DNA of 64,000 nucleotides from an uncultured Clostridia bacterium (lineage in GTDB: Bacteria; Bacillota; Clostridia; Christensenellales; UBA1242): the NCBI GenBank assembly GCA_944381205.1, contig CALWKG010000002.1, forward strand, positions 20,464 through 84,463, read 5' to 3'; not shown here. Numbering within the stretch: the stretch's first letter is position 1. Below are more notes on the stretch, generated by a model. That model made no database searches and was not told the origin of the DNA. It worked only from the letters and a program-made list of their open reading frames with translations.

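Noticed and set aside
1-64000. An alternative genetic code (TGA as Trp, as in Mycoplasmatota), given the low G+C.
   Set aside because: All recognisable genes translate full-length with the standard code, TGG is used for Trp throughout the giant ORF, and no family-length anomalies suggest read-through of TGA.

Overview
Low-GC segment (about 30% G+C by eye), standard genetic code. The gene content fits a Clostridia-like member of the Bacillota: a SCIFF/ranthipeptide pair, a CsbB-like GT2 with YfhO, DegV, and YdjG/YdjI-like genes. Bases 1-34,000 carry about 30 ordinary housekeeping and envelope genes: an alr fragment, GT8, an acyltransferase, an enoate-reductase-like flavoenzyme, an Orn/Lys/Arg decarboxylase, scfA-scfB, GT2 + yfhO, MarR-DegV, argS coupled behind an ABC pair, an SPFH/zinc-ribbon operon, a phosphohexomutase, dut, a DUF1015-like gene, tex and a heterodimeric ABC exporter. 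The outstanding feature is the last 29.4 kb. It is one uninterrupted + strand reading frame that starts at ATG 34575, behind AGGAGG, and is still open at base 64000 (at least 9,808 codons). The supplied ORF track omits it because it never reaches a stop. It encodes an N-terminally membrane-anchored mosaic surface protein with about 40 Listeria-Bacteroides (Flg_new / InlB B-repeat) type domains, at least 7 capped parallel beta-helix modules full of GGxIY (Pmp-like) coils, one BspA-type LRR block and one helical insert. Other points worth a second look are listed below. (1) An unlisted 50-aa SCIFF precursor with seven Cys. (2) A 1.4-kb cassette bounded by inverted repeats, holding a membrane-anchored HNH nuclease gene and a GC-enriched, heavily base-paired non-coding segment. 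(3) About 290 bp of helically phased T-tracts. (4) A seven-unit 18-bp tandem array. (5) Paired palindromes between marR and degV. All calls rest on hand translation and motif recognition; no searches were run.
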